Under the pieces are notes generated by a model. It had not been told where the DNA came from and ran no database searches. It saw nothing but the letters and a program-made list of their open reading frames with translations. From Lama guanicoe (Eukaryota): DNA of 64,000 nucleotides. The position numbers and the translations under genes are program-made. Below, piece by piece: positions 52,550 through 64,000 of the stretch (positions are counted from its first letter, which is position 1; each line of letters starts with the position of its first letter). The DNA lies in NCBI GenBank assembly GCA_013239625.1, contig MU057355.1, positions 4,909,550 through 4,973,549 on the forward strand. Direction: 5' to 3'.

Positions 52550-53530
52550 CTACTGCTCTTTGTCACTATTATCTACCAAATCATGGTCTCTATCCCCAGA
52601 TTCTAATGTCACCATCCCGTATGACTTCATTTATGTTAATACCCAGCATCCTGGCTGCTGGGTTCCTTGAACTCTTCATCTGCAGTCACCTTCACTCCAC
52701 TCCCAACTTGGGTCACGTGTTTTTATTGCCACTCCATGGACCTTGTTACCACCCAGAACAATTCTGCCTTCAAAATCAACAACTCAGACATGTCACAACT
52801 CTTATCCTTCCAAATGGTACACACTGTTATTTCTGTAAAACCAGCTCCTTGAATTCATTGGACCCCCCTCACAATTTCTCACTTATCAGTGTCCTCATTC
52901 CTCACTTCCTTCCCTGTCCTACTTATATTCAGTGTTCGTTTACTTCGACCACTCTCATTAATTTCCTCAATTCCCTTGCCCCACTATCCTTTTGTCAAAC
53001 CTGCTTGGCTTCTTAATGAATCCAAATATAGACCAAGGTTGCTGAGCATGGTTGCAGAAAAAGGATGAGGGCAGAGTCTTGTCATTATGTGTTCATTGTC
53101 AGCATCTTCAATAGGACGTGACACACTGCCCAGAAATTCAGTTGAGTTTTCACCAGTTCTCTCTTCTATTCTCTACAATGAGGACTACATACTTCCTCCA
53201 TTGTCCTTAATCCTTTAACTTCCTCACATCTCAGTACTCAAAACAGGTGGCATCAACTCCTACCTCACAGAGATGATAGAGACCCTCAGAGGAGACATTC
53301 TCCAACTTCCCACCATCACACTGACAGACCCATGCACTTACGCAGACTTTCTTCCACCTTGCCTCCTGTCACTGTAGAAGAGGGGCCCTTTTTTCTAGTT
53401 AGAGTTTAACCCTGCACCATCCCTGCCCTGCTTTATCAGGGAGGGACCTTGCTTTATAAATTATTCCCTCTCCTATCTTAAATCTTTTGCTCTATACTGA
53501 ATCTTTCCCTCCAGCTTTTAACTGAATTCA
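52550..53530 (+). mobile_element. Old L2 internal (ORF2-derived) fragment
   Basis: Pyrimidine-rich degenerate L2 pattern (ccttgaactcttcatctgca..caccttcactccac...ggaccttgttaccacc...ctcaattcccttgcccc). Confidence 0.55.
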
Positions 53531-55454
53531 AGACTTTTTAAAAATCACTTAACACTGAAAACAGCCCTGAAATGCATATTTGCCCTTCTCAGTTTCACAG
53601 ATGAGAAATAGGAGGCTCATGGAGATTAATGAGGGAAAGATAGAAAAGCGTCCGAGCCCTGTATGCAGCCTTTCATCACGGTGCCTTGCTGTGTTTTATG
53701 GCAGCTGGTCCCACCTCGGCTCTCCTCTGTGGGCTGTGTAGGTAGGTCTCTCTATTTCAGGTATCTTCGCTACAGGATTGGACTGATTTCTTGGCAAGCC
53801 AGTCTGCTGATCAATGCTCCAACATTATGACTTCCTCCCAGGCCCCAAATGATAAAGGGAAATAGTTGGGTAGACCTAATCTGTACTTTGGTTGCTCCAT
53901 CAGTATAGTGTGACTGGTAATATATCTTCTTTCCACCTTCCAGCAGCATTCTCCTTCTACTCCCTGCCTCCATTTCTCATCAGTAACGTAATAGAGATGG
54001 CAGATCTCTCCCCCATGGAAGGTTTTCAATGGCTGAGGGGGCAGGTGCTACATAAACGCTCAACATATCCATCTTTTTTGGGACGCTGACTCCTTGCCTG
54101 AGCTGACAGAAAATTGTGATGTGGATGGGGCTGGGTGCGTTTTCTTTAGAAGGGAAAAAATAGAGCAAGGAGGAGGAAAATTAGGAGAAAAGAACGTGGC
54201 CAAGCAATTAAATCCACATCCACTGCTGCAGCTATTTGTGTCTGCCCGTTGTTGGTCTTAGACCCCAAGGAAACAAGGAGGCGTATAGAGTGTGGGATTT
54301 TATTAAAGGAAAGAGAACTAGAAGTGAAGAGGAAGTGAGGGGAGTGTGAGTCTTACAAGGGAGATGAAAAGAACAGATTAAAAAAAGAAACATAAGCCAA
54401 CAAAGCTAATCTCTCCTTGTCAAAAATAGTAGGAGACTACCTGTCAATGTTTGGTCCTTAAATTTTACCTTTCCAGTAAAGGTAGTAAAGCCTCTAAAAT
54501 ATAGGACTAAGCCAAAACAAAAACAAAAAACCCAAAGAAAACAGGAGACTTAAAGGAAAAGTTATTTTCCTTTAAACAAAGGAGTAATTGGAAATCCTGA
54601 GAGAAAATTACATTTGAAACTAAATTGATGTGAAGTCTAAAGCTTAAAAGTGTAGATAGTCACTGAAAACCCAGGTCAAATCCTGGGTTTTCAGTTAAGT
54701 AGCTATGTGACATTGATCATGTTGCACTGAACCTATCTGAGTATCAGTTTTCTAGTTTATAAAATTATGGAGATTGACCAGATCCACTATTCTCAAACTT
54801 TGAGTTGTGTTCCGTGAAGAATCACTTATTTTAATGAGTGCTGTTTCTGAGGAAGATTGACTGAGCATGGGAACAGTGTGGAAAGAGGACAAAAGTTCGA
54901 GAAATGCTGGACTGTCTCAAAGATTTCTTCTATAAAATACAGAACAAGATAATTTCAAGAACTGGTTTGGGACCAGTTTTGTCTTTAGTAACTCATATAA
55001 GTCAGTTGGAAGGAATATATGTAGAATCTGTCATATCTTTTTTATGTGCCTGTAACTGAAAATCAAATTTAAGAGAAGGATGGCACTATCTGGCAGAAAA
55101 TAGGCTTGGCAGAATCTGTAGGAAGTCAGACTCCTTTTGATCTTGGTGTGTGTCTTCTGGTAAACAATGAAGAGTAAGCAGATTGCTTTTAATTACTGGT
55201 ACAGGGGTTAAGTTGCCTGGGGTCAGGGCGCACCATGGAGAACAATGAAAAGCAATCAGCCCTCAGCCATTCTCTTTGTCGATAAGCCACAAAGACCAGA
55301 GACCAGCTTCAGCCTCCAAATAGCAGAGCACTGGCAAGGGAGTCAATTCAAACTGGAAAAGAGAAACCAGAACCTTGTTCAAAAACATGGCAGACACACA
55401 GGGCCTTCCATCCATGATGTGGTCTTTGCTTACCTCATCAGAGTCATCCCTGCC

Positions 55455-55830
55455 TGTGGTAGGAGGAATGATGACCCACCCACCCCCACCCAAAGATGCC
55501 TACACTCTAATCCCCAGACCCTGTTACCTTGCATGGCAAAAGGGGTTCTGCAGATACGATTAAGGTTACGGACATTGCAATAAGTATATTATCCTGGATT
55601 ATCCAGGTAAGCCCATTCCGATGGCATGAATCATTAAAAAGTAGGGAAACCTTTCCTGGCTTTTGTCAGAGAAAGATGTGCACCAAAAGCAGGGTCACAT
55701 GATGTTATGTTGCTGGCTTTGAAGATCAAAGAAGGAAGCCACAAGCCAAGGAATGTGGGTGCCCTCTAGAAGCTGGACAGCACAAGAAAATGGATTCTCC
55801 CTCACAGCCTCCACAAGGGAATGTGGGTGC
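55455..55830 (+). mobile_element. MaLR LTR (MLT1D/E-like)
   Basis: tgtggtagg.ggaat...tgttaccttgcatggcaaaa...ttatcctggattatccagg...agccaaggaatgtgggtgccctctagaagctgga. Confidence 0.85.
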
Positions 55831-55936
55831 TGTCATACTCACCAGACTAACCGACACCCCTAGTATTTTAATGATCCCCTGATTCTTGGAATAACTAACC
55901 TAATTGTGCACTTGGGGCAATTCTCTGGTCTTCTAC

Positions 55937-56072
55937 CCACTCTGGGGACATTCTTCATATTTGGGAAAGATTCCTGGCTGCGCAGCCACCAACTGCTTTG
56001 GGAATCTGTCTCCAAATAATCTCCTTCATACTTGTTGGCCAGCTTTTGACTTGATGAGTCTTGGTCACGCAT
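55937..56072 (-). pseudogene. Candidate further exon of the minus-strand gene
   Basis: Acceptor ttaccttctcattcaag|ATG; coding-like unique sequence between two repeats (..KYEGDYLE.. or ..KEIIWRQIPKA..); donor weak. Confidence 0.25.
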
Positions 56073-56137
56073 CTTGAATGAGAAGGTAAATCCAAACCTT
56101 TTTTTAACATAGGTTGTAGGTACAGCATCAAAAATCA

Positions 56138-56380
56138 AAAGGGGAGGAGAAGGGTAAATTAGGAGTTTGGGATTAGCAGATACAAACTACTATATATAGG
56201 TAAACAACAAGGTCCTACTATATAGCACAGGGAACTCTACTCAATACCTTGTAATAACCTATAATGGAAAAGAAGATAAAAAGGAGTATACATATGTGTA
56301 TATGTATAACCAAATTGCTGTGCTGTAAACAAGAAATTAACACAACATTGAAAATCAATTACACTTCACTTAAAACAAAT
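56138..56380 (+). mobile_element. Lineage L1 3' end
   Basis: aattaggagtttgggattagcagatacaaactactatatat...aaacaacaaggtcctactatatagcacagggaact. Confidence 0.9.
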
Positions 56381-57137
56381 AATTTAAGAAACTGGCAGGG
56401 AGAGAAGGCACAGTATGGTGACCAATCAGACAGTTCCAGAAAAAGGAATTACTGCCTCTCTGTGCCTGAGGCTCAAGAAAGGTTACAGAGATGAAAATAA
56501 GGAGACAAAAAGAGAAAATGAGAGAGAAAAAGTAGTTTGACTAAATGTTTACATGGATCTTGGATCTTTTCTGCCATTAGCACGTTTTACTGCAATTTCT
56601 TCATAACAGCCATTGCTTTTGGGCACTTCTCTGACACGTGGTATATCATTAAGCCTCATCAATGTCCATCCCCAGTAAATAAGGGGCTGGGGTCGGGGTA
56701 GGCAGCAGACAGGACTAGTTCAGTCCTCTTTTCCCAGAATTCCCAGGAATCCCATGGAATTTAACAGGTGTTCCAAAATAAGGGGTTCCATGAGCAGAAA
56801 TAATTTAAGAAAAGAGAATGCTGGGTTAAATCAAAGAAAAATTAAGCAGATTTCTTTGATGTAAGACTTACCTGAAACTTGACTTTTCTAACATGCTCTA
56901 TGACTCTAAAGAGGACAGTTTGTGTTACAAAAACCATTTTATCAAAGGAACATCTATTAACATCTTGATGTTCAGTTTAGAAAACACTATCCTAAATATT
57001 CCCACAAAACACCCTATAGCTGAAATATAGTAGTCTGTCAATAAACACTTGACACAAACAGTGAAAGAGAGCCAAAATTTCCAAAATGACCAACCAAAAT
57101 CTTTTACTACAACATTTTGCTATTAGATGTGGGTGCA

Positions 57138-57356
57138 ATCTAAATGTCCATCAACAGATAAAATAGATAAACAACAAGGACCTACTGTATAGCACAAGGG
57201 ACCATATTCAATTTCTTGTAATAACATACAATGGAAAACAATCTGAAAAGAAAAAATATATATGTGTATATATATCTATAACTGGGTCATTTTGCTGTAC
57301 ACCTGAAACTGACATTGTAAGTCAACCATACTTTAACAAAAATTTTTTTTAAAAAG
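57138..57356 (+). mobile_element. Lineage L1 3' end, internally deleted
   Basis: ctaaatgtccatcaacagat joined to aaatagataaacaacaaggacctactgtatagcac...tgctgtacacctgaaact. Confidence 0.85.
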
Positions 57357-57799
57357 GAAATGCAAATGGACTTCATGAATCTACTTTTCTCAGGTCAACA
57401 AACTTCTCAGGTTGAACAAAATATTTGCAGGCAGTTAAACTGACTACTTGGGTCCAGAGCTTAGTGCCAACTAGTCAAAATAGGCTAACCATTTCTAACA
57501 CCAGTTACAAACAATATTCTTAACAGTTTCAGTTAGCTTGTTTAATTCATCTTTGAGAGGAAGAGAAAATGATGTCAAACAGAAGGCATTTGAGGAGATA
57601 CTGGTAAGAACCAGCAGCATCTAATTACAAAGTCTTGATATTTGACAAGTGGAATGCCATCCAAAACAACCTCAGACAAAAACACAACAAAAGTCTGGCC
57701 AAGGCCGATTAATGAAGGGTAAAATCACAGAGAGCATTCGAGGTCTTTGGCCCTACTTCCAGCCTTACTTCTGGGACTTTCAAACTATTTGAAACTAAC

Positions 57800-58035
57800 C
57801 CCTTTCAATGACTATTGAACCTATTCCTATTTTCTGAAGACAAGAGATTCTTCAAGGCTTTGTCAAACTCAGTCAAATAACAAAATTGATTAGGCAACAG
57901 CTTGATGTTTTCTTCTAACATTGAGTCAACTGCATTGATTGGTTGTTTTGGTTTCCTATCAATATAGACTAAGTGATATGAATAGCCAATATTTTCTTCT
58001 CCCGGTATTTTCTCCAGGGTTTTCTTTGTTTCTTT
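57800..58035 (-). CDS. Putative coding exon of an unidentified minus-strand gene or pseudogene (KETKKTLEKIPG...LKNLLSSENRNRFNSH*)
   Basis: Strong acceptor catttttgttttcag|AAAG; 76 open codons of protein-like composition in non-repetitive DNA; TGA at 57807-57805 is either terminal (ATTAAA at 57546-57541) or premature, just before the candidate donor GG|gttagt at 57800/57799. Confidence 0.5.
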
Positions 58036-59149
58036 CTGAAAACAAAAATGTTTATGCTCTGTTCTTTCCCGGGTGGTCATGATGTATCATCCCTATGAGG
58101 ACTCCCCTGACTTCAGAAGTCCTTATTGTTCTTTGTGATTTTCTGCCACACGACTGGAAGCTTATATCGACAATATAACAGCTTAATTATATGCTACCTT
58201 CTTTTGTCCTCTAATGGTTATTGGTCTGGTCTCCCTAGTGCATTGGATTGTCCTGCTGTGACTTCAGGAGAAAGTGCAGATGGGCTGCTCCAATTTTAGG
58301 GCCCTAATATTGTCATGATAATGATCCATTCAGTAACAGGTCAATTTCAGCCCTGACCCTTATTGTGCACACATTCATAGAAGCCTGGGCATAAAAATAT
58401 CAAGAATCAGTGAGAACAAAACTGGAAGTCAAGTTGCAGGAACTGGGACATATAGGAGTGGAGACAGCTGGGACTCTGGATCAGTACCAGAGTGCCTCTG
58501 TCACTGCTGGGGCAGCAGGATCATATATCTGGGACAGTGGCAGATACTAGGTGTCTTTCCTCTCACTACTTCCTGCATCCCTCCACCTTCATCCCACAGT
58601 CTTCCCTTTATTGCTGCCTGCACTCCTGCCTCTTGCCAAGGTAATTTAAATGTTGCTTGTTTCACCTCTAACTGGCAAAGAGAAAACAGCAATGAAATCA
58701 ACTATGGGAATCCAGAGAGTCAAAGTGAAAGAAACAAGACAGGCAGACACTGATGACCTTTTCTCACTGCCTTCTCCCTGCTTCAGGCACCTATACTCAT
58801 TACACCAAGCTGATTACACTGACCATAACTAACATACTCAACATGACCCTTTTGCTCTCCTTGTTTTCACTTCCTAGAATGTCAGGTCTTCCTTTTCTGT
58901 GTCTGGTAGGTTTTGCTACATAACATTAGAGACCCAACTCAATTGTACATTCTCTGCAAAGATCTGTTCCTCCAGAACAAATAAACTGCATGTAATCAAA
59001 GCCCTATCCTAATACAACATTGTAAATCAACTATACTTCAATGAAAAAACAAACAAAACCCTATCCTTATGCCTCTGCAGTGTATACTGTGCTAGCATTT
59101 AACAGAGTACTGGGCACTAGTAGAAGAGTTTGGATAACAATCTTGCTAA

Positions 59150-62100
59150 TTTTCTTCAGCATTTAGTAGAATTTGCCTGTGAAACCATCTGGCTCTGGGA
59201 TCTCCTTTTTTAGTTACAGGAGTATCCAGATTTTCTATTTCTCTTTATCAGAATATTTGTATATTTTATGCATATTGTGAAATTTATCAGCATGTAGTTG
59301 CTATAATGTTTTATTATTTTTGAATGTAGAATTTGTATTGGTGTCCCCTATTCTGTTTCTAACATTGATAATTTCTGTTTTCTATTGATCAGTCTTGATA
59401 GTGGCTTTACAATTTTATTAATCTTCCCAGAGAACCAATTTTTAACTTTCTTGCTTTTTCCCATTGTGTACTTATTCATTATTTAACTGATTTCTAGTCT
59501 TTTCCTTTTTATTTGCTTCTTTTCACTTTCTTTAAGTATTGTTTCTTCTTCTGTTTCTTCTTGAGATGTTTGCTCAAATGAGTGATTTTCAGCATGTCTT
59601 CTTTTCTAAGACAAACATTTAAGACTACATTTTTCTGCTTTGGTTACATCCTCACATCTTGATATGTTACACTTTGTTATAAAGTTAAAAAACATTTTCT
59701 ATTTTAGACTGTAATTTCAAATTTGGCCCATGGGTTTTTAGAAGTATATTACTTAATTTCCTAAATTAGGGACTTCTTTGTTTTGCTCTTTTTCTGTTTT
59801 TGATTTTTAGTTTAATTTCATTCTTGTCAGAGTACACAGTATTAATTTTTTTCTTTTTTTCCTTACATGATTACAGAATAGTGGCTATATTCTCCATGTT
59901 GCACAATAACCCAATATCAAATTTTCATCCTTTTGAAATTTGTTAAGATTTCCTTAACGACTGAAAATATGTCTGTTTTAGCAAATATCCCATTTGTGCT
60001 TGAAATGAATACTTTTTGTAGTTTTGTGGTGTACTATTCTATGTAGGTCAATTAATTCAAGTTCATTAATATGTTGTTGAGATTGTCTATATCCTTATTG
60101 ATCATTTCTCTTTCTCTTTTTCTTCCTTTCTTGCTTGCTTGCTTGCTTGCTTTCTTCCTTTTGATGCTTTCTTGCTTGCTTTTGTCTGCTTGTTCTATTT
60201 ATCACAAAGACTATTGAGTTAAAAGTAGACAAGTCAGTGATCTTGGATTTGTCATTTTTTCGTTTCTTTTTATTTTATTTTATTTTGTGTGTGTGTAATT
60301 TCTTATTGAGTTGTCGGTTTACAATGTTGTGTCAATTTCTGGTGCACAGCACAATGCTTCAGTCATACATGAATATACATATATTCATTTTCATATTCTT
60401 TTTCACTGTGAGCTACTACAAGATCTTGAATGTATTTCCCTGTGCTATACAGTATAAACTTGTTTATCTATTCTANNNNNNNNNNNNNNNNNNNNNNNNN
60501 NNNNNNNNNNNNNNNNNNNNNNNNNNNNNNNNNNNNNNNNNNNNNNNNNNNNNNNNNNNNNNNNNNNNNNNNNNNNNNNNNNNNNNNNNNNNNNNNNNNN
60601 NNNNNNTTAGATTTTTGCTTTATATAATGTGTGCCTATCATCTTATGGTAAAATATCTCTTTATCTCTAGTAATGTGCTATTGCCTTAGAATTTACTCTG
60701 TCTTATATTGGAATAGTTATCTCAGCTTTCTTCTGGTTAGTGTTGCATGGTATACTTTCTTTTTATTTTTACCTGTGCTTTATATTTAAATTTTGTACCA
60801 TATAAGAAGCATATATATGGATTTTGTTTTGTATATACACTCTAGCAATCTCTGTCTCTTAATTGAAGTATTTACCTCATTTATGTTTAACATAATTACT
60901 GATAAATTTGGGTTTAAATCTACTACATGATGATTTTCTATTCATTGCATCTATTTTTGTTTTTATCCTTTTTTTGTGCCTTTTAAAAAAAATCAAATGT
61001 CTTTAAAACTATTTTCCTATTTTCTTCTTTAAGAATGGTATTAGTGGTTATCTTAGACATTTCAAGGTGCATTGTTAATTTATGAAAGTCTTCCTAACAG
61101 TAGTTATTTTACTGCTTCCCAGGTACATCATTGCAACTCTCTTTATTGTTCCCCATAGCCATCTATGCGATTGTTCTCATGGATTACAGTACTCTATATA
61201 TTTTAAACCATAGAAGATTTTGTAATTGTTTTTCTCAATCATCAGTGTTTATTTAGATTTCCTCACTCTCCCCACCCACAGTGATCTTCATTCCTTCTTG
61301 AATTATTTTATTTCCATATGAGGTCATATTTTTCTTTTTCTGCATAAAATAAAATTTTCATTTTAGTAGTTTTTTAGCGCAGGTCTTCTGGAAGCAAATT
61401 CTCTCATTTTTGTTTGTCTAAACCTGTCTCTGTTTTACTTTATCTTATGAGGACATCTTTAATATATTCAGAATTTGAAATTGACAATTATTTTTTCCCA
61501 ACACTTTAAATATAGCAATCAATTTACCGAATTCTGGCATTCAACATTTTTGTTGAAAAGACAACTGTCAATCTTATTGTTTTGAAGGAGGATGTCTATT
61601 TTATTGTTGTTACTTTAAAGATTTTTCCCTGAGTATTTTGTTTTTTATCAATTTGAATATTTTCTGTCTAGATGTGGTCTTCTTTGTGTTAATCCTGCTT
61701 GGGGTTTAGAGCACTTCTTGACTATGTAAACGTAATGTTTTCTGACTTACAGAAAATTCCTTACTAATATTTTTTCAAATGAATTGTTTCTGTTTCCTTC
61801 CATCTCTTCTCCTGAAACTCCTACTACACGTGGTAGTCATCTTAACCATCTACCATATATTTCTTAAATTCCTTCTGTATTTTCAGTTCTTTTCTTATCT
61901 GTGTGTTTAGATTTGGATATTTTCCACTAGCCTATATTTCAGCTTAATGACCTATTTTTACTCCATGTTTGATCTGCTGAATGCATAGTAACTGATACTG
62001 TATTTTTAAGTTTTACAATTTCCATTCGACTGTTCTTTTTTATAGATAACCAGTTTTCTGGCAAAGCTATCTTTTAAAAAGATCTTCTTGATCATATTAA

Positions 62101-62340
62101 TCATAGTTACTTTAAATTTCCTGTATCATAGCTGAACCTGTTTCTATTATTTGCTTTTTATTTTGCATTTTTTGTCTGTTTCTGATTCTTGGCATTCTTA
62201 GTAATTTTTCCTTGACTACTCAACATTTTGCATGAACAATTTGTATAATCTCTGGGTGAAGTGATCTTTCTCTTTGGAGGATTTAATTTTGTCTGACAGG
62301 CAGGTGAGTATGTGAATATCAACTTCAGTCAAGGCTGGGC
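59150..62340 (-). mobile_element. Old L1 body fragments with a younger L1 3' end nested at about 60290-60620 (N-gap 60476-60606)
   Basis: tagaattt.cctgtgaa.ccatctgg...agaaccaatttt...ttgccttagaatttactctgtc...aaattctctca.tttt.gtttgtct. Confidence 0.75.
60128..60192. repeat. (TTGC)n/(TTTC)n microsatellite
   Basis: ttgcttgcttgcttgcttgc... Confidence 0.85.
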
Positions 62341-62363
62341 TTAAGGCTTTGTTAAAACTAGTT

Positions 62364-62900
62364 TGTGGCATAATAAAGATGGCCTCAAATTCTTTTACAC
62401 TTTTTCCACCCAGTTGAAGGGTTTAGGTCTTCTCTGACAACTGGATGGGCTCTGGAACTGCTTTGACCAATATAATATGGTAGAAGTGATGCTGTGCCAT
62501 TTTGGACCAAGATCATAAAAGATTGCCAGCTCTACTTCCTGTCTCTTGAGATGTCCACTCTGGGAAAAACCTGTCACCATATAAGAAGTCCAACTACACT
62601 GAGATTTCCATGTGTGAGGAAGCCCAAACTAGTCATGTGGAGAGGATTCCTAAACAGATAAATGCTCAACAACTCCCCACCTACTCCAGACTTCCCAACC
62701 CAGGCTCCAGACACTTGAGTGAAGAAGTTTTCAAATGAGTCCAGTATCAAACACTATCTGTCTGCATATGAAGGACACCAAACAAAAACCACCCAACTGA
62801 ATCTGTCAACCTCTTGAACTGTGAGAGATAATAATAAGTCATTGTCTTCAGTCCCTAACTTCTGAGAAAGTTTGGAAAACAGTAAGAGATAAGGGGAACA
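62364..62900 (+). mobile_element. MaLR LTR (MLT1G/H-like)
   Basis: tgtggca..taaagatggcc.caaattctt...ctgctttgaccaata.aatatggtagaagtgatgctgtgcca...gaactgtgagagataataa. Confidence 0.85.
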
Positions 62901-63800
62901 TTGTCTACTTCAGGACTGTCTTTATTGCTGTTGTTTAGCCCTAGCCCTCAGTGCATTCCCCTTCTGGAGTCTCAGCTAAAAGCATGAGAGTGTTTTCCAA
63001 GGCTTCTCTACCTTGTTGAGCCCTGAACCCCAACTTCTGTCTACCCAGTGTTAGATGACTGCCAAAATCTCTGCTCAGCTACTTAGCTTCCCAGTTGTTG
63101 CTGTCTACTGTTTTCTTCAGAGATATGGCTTACTTTATCTTACATGAGCACAGCTAGGATCTGAAGGATGTCTCAGGGAAAATTTCACACAGAATTTCAG
63201 GCTCCTTTCTCCCTTCTTTCCAGGACTCTGGGTCTTCAATTCCTTGCTATCTTGGCAGCCTCAAGCTCCAACATCTGTTTCCTCACCTAATGAGAATGTC
63301 AAAATTCCAGGCTGTGTCAACCTGCTAGACTTCTATTCCTTGATCTATAAATTGGCAAATGACCCAGGGTAAGATGTGGAAGTAAATGTGGGCTCTCTTC
63401 AACACCTCATTTCTCTCAGAGTTCTTGGCCCTTCGAGTGTTGGCTGACTTGGCTGCTCCCCAGTATCTTCAAACTATTGTTTTATCCAGCTTTTACAGTT
63501 TGTCTTGGCAGGAGAATTAGTTTGATACAAGTCATTCCGTGATGTTAGAAACAGAAGTCCTAGTGATCAGGCAGCTTTCCTGACCCACTACTTATGACCA
63601 TTAGATACTCAAATACTCTTAATAGTCTTGGATACTCTTTGATCCTTTCTTTAAATCTTGTATAGGCTGGACTTATGACTCTGCCTGCTTGCTTCTAAAC
63701 ACCCCCAACATATTCACAACTTTCAGAGCAGAGAGACTCATGACCGGATGCTAGTTTGGGTGAACTTTCAGCCATGACATGGTTGAAAGGAGAGACTTGC

Positions 63801-63943
63801 TTATCATATTTCACTTCTTCTTTTGCTGATGTGTCCCATCCTGCCTTGCTAACCAGCATACCACACTGGTAAACTATTCTGAATCCAAATATCAAATCTT
63901 TCACCCATTTTGTGCAGTGGGAAACTGCATTCCAAGAATTATT
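63801..63943 (-). CDS. Putative upstream coding exon of the same minus-strand gene (NNSWNAVSHCTKWVKDLIFG...)
   Basis: Acceptor taacatttttcag|AAT; only frame 0 is open; donor uncertain (gtatgc after 63862 or gcaagt after 63801). Confidence 0.4.
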
Positions 63944-63956
63944 CTGAAAAATGTTA

Positions 63957-64000
63957 ATCATCATCGTCACTACCATCATCATTATCACCATCATCGTCAT
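63957..64000. repeat. Degenerate (TCA)n trinucleotide repeat
   Basis: atcatcatcgtcactaccatcatcattatcaccatcatcgtcat. Confidence 0.85.

Noticed and set aside
52127-53016. 139-aa and 160-aa ORFs
   Set aside because: They overlap MER2-like and L2 remnants and the translations are not protein-like.
63944-64000. Met/Val-rich N-terminus of ORF 63695-64000
   Set aside because: Translation of a (TCA)n microsatellite upstream of a splice acceptor.
1-64000. CRISPR arrays, tRNA/rRNA genes, known miRNA hairpins
   Set aside because: None recognised; eukaryotic repeat-rich sequence with no regularly spaced direct repeats.

Overview
Mammalian genomic DNA (AT-rich and full of MIR/L2/MLT/MER/L1 repeats). 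The young L1 3' ends and a MER41-like LTR look cetartiodactyl, probably camelid; that is an inference. There are three assembly N-gaps, no intact recognisable protein-coding gene and no prokaryotic features. The main discovery is a heavily decayed endogenous bornavirus-like element on the + strand at about 9.0-11.25 kb. Frameshift-aware manual translation gives a colinear series of Bornaviridae nucleoprotein motifs, best RHP..I...PRS/PNLASA.......E..T...Y. These are split by a solo ERV1 LTR whose removal restores the frame. Downstream lie weaker phosphoprotein-like and then matrix-like motifs in orthobornavirus gene order (N-P-M). Also present: exon-like segments of an unidentified, possibly decayed minus-strand gene at 45-64 kb with loose VWA3A/B-like resemblance; an RFX X-box/CCAAT promoter-like site with a strong splice donor at 33.8 kb; and a small CpG island at 38.3-38.6 kb with a splice-bounded exon, a Kozak smORF and AP-1/ARE motifs. 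Protein comparisons are by eye against remembered reference sequences and need tBLASTn/HMM confirmation. Repeat subfamilies and boundaries are approximate.
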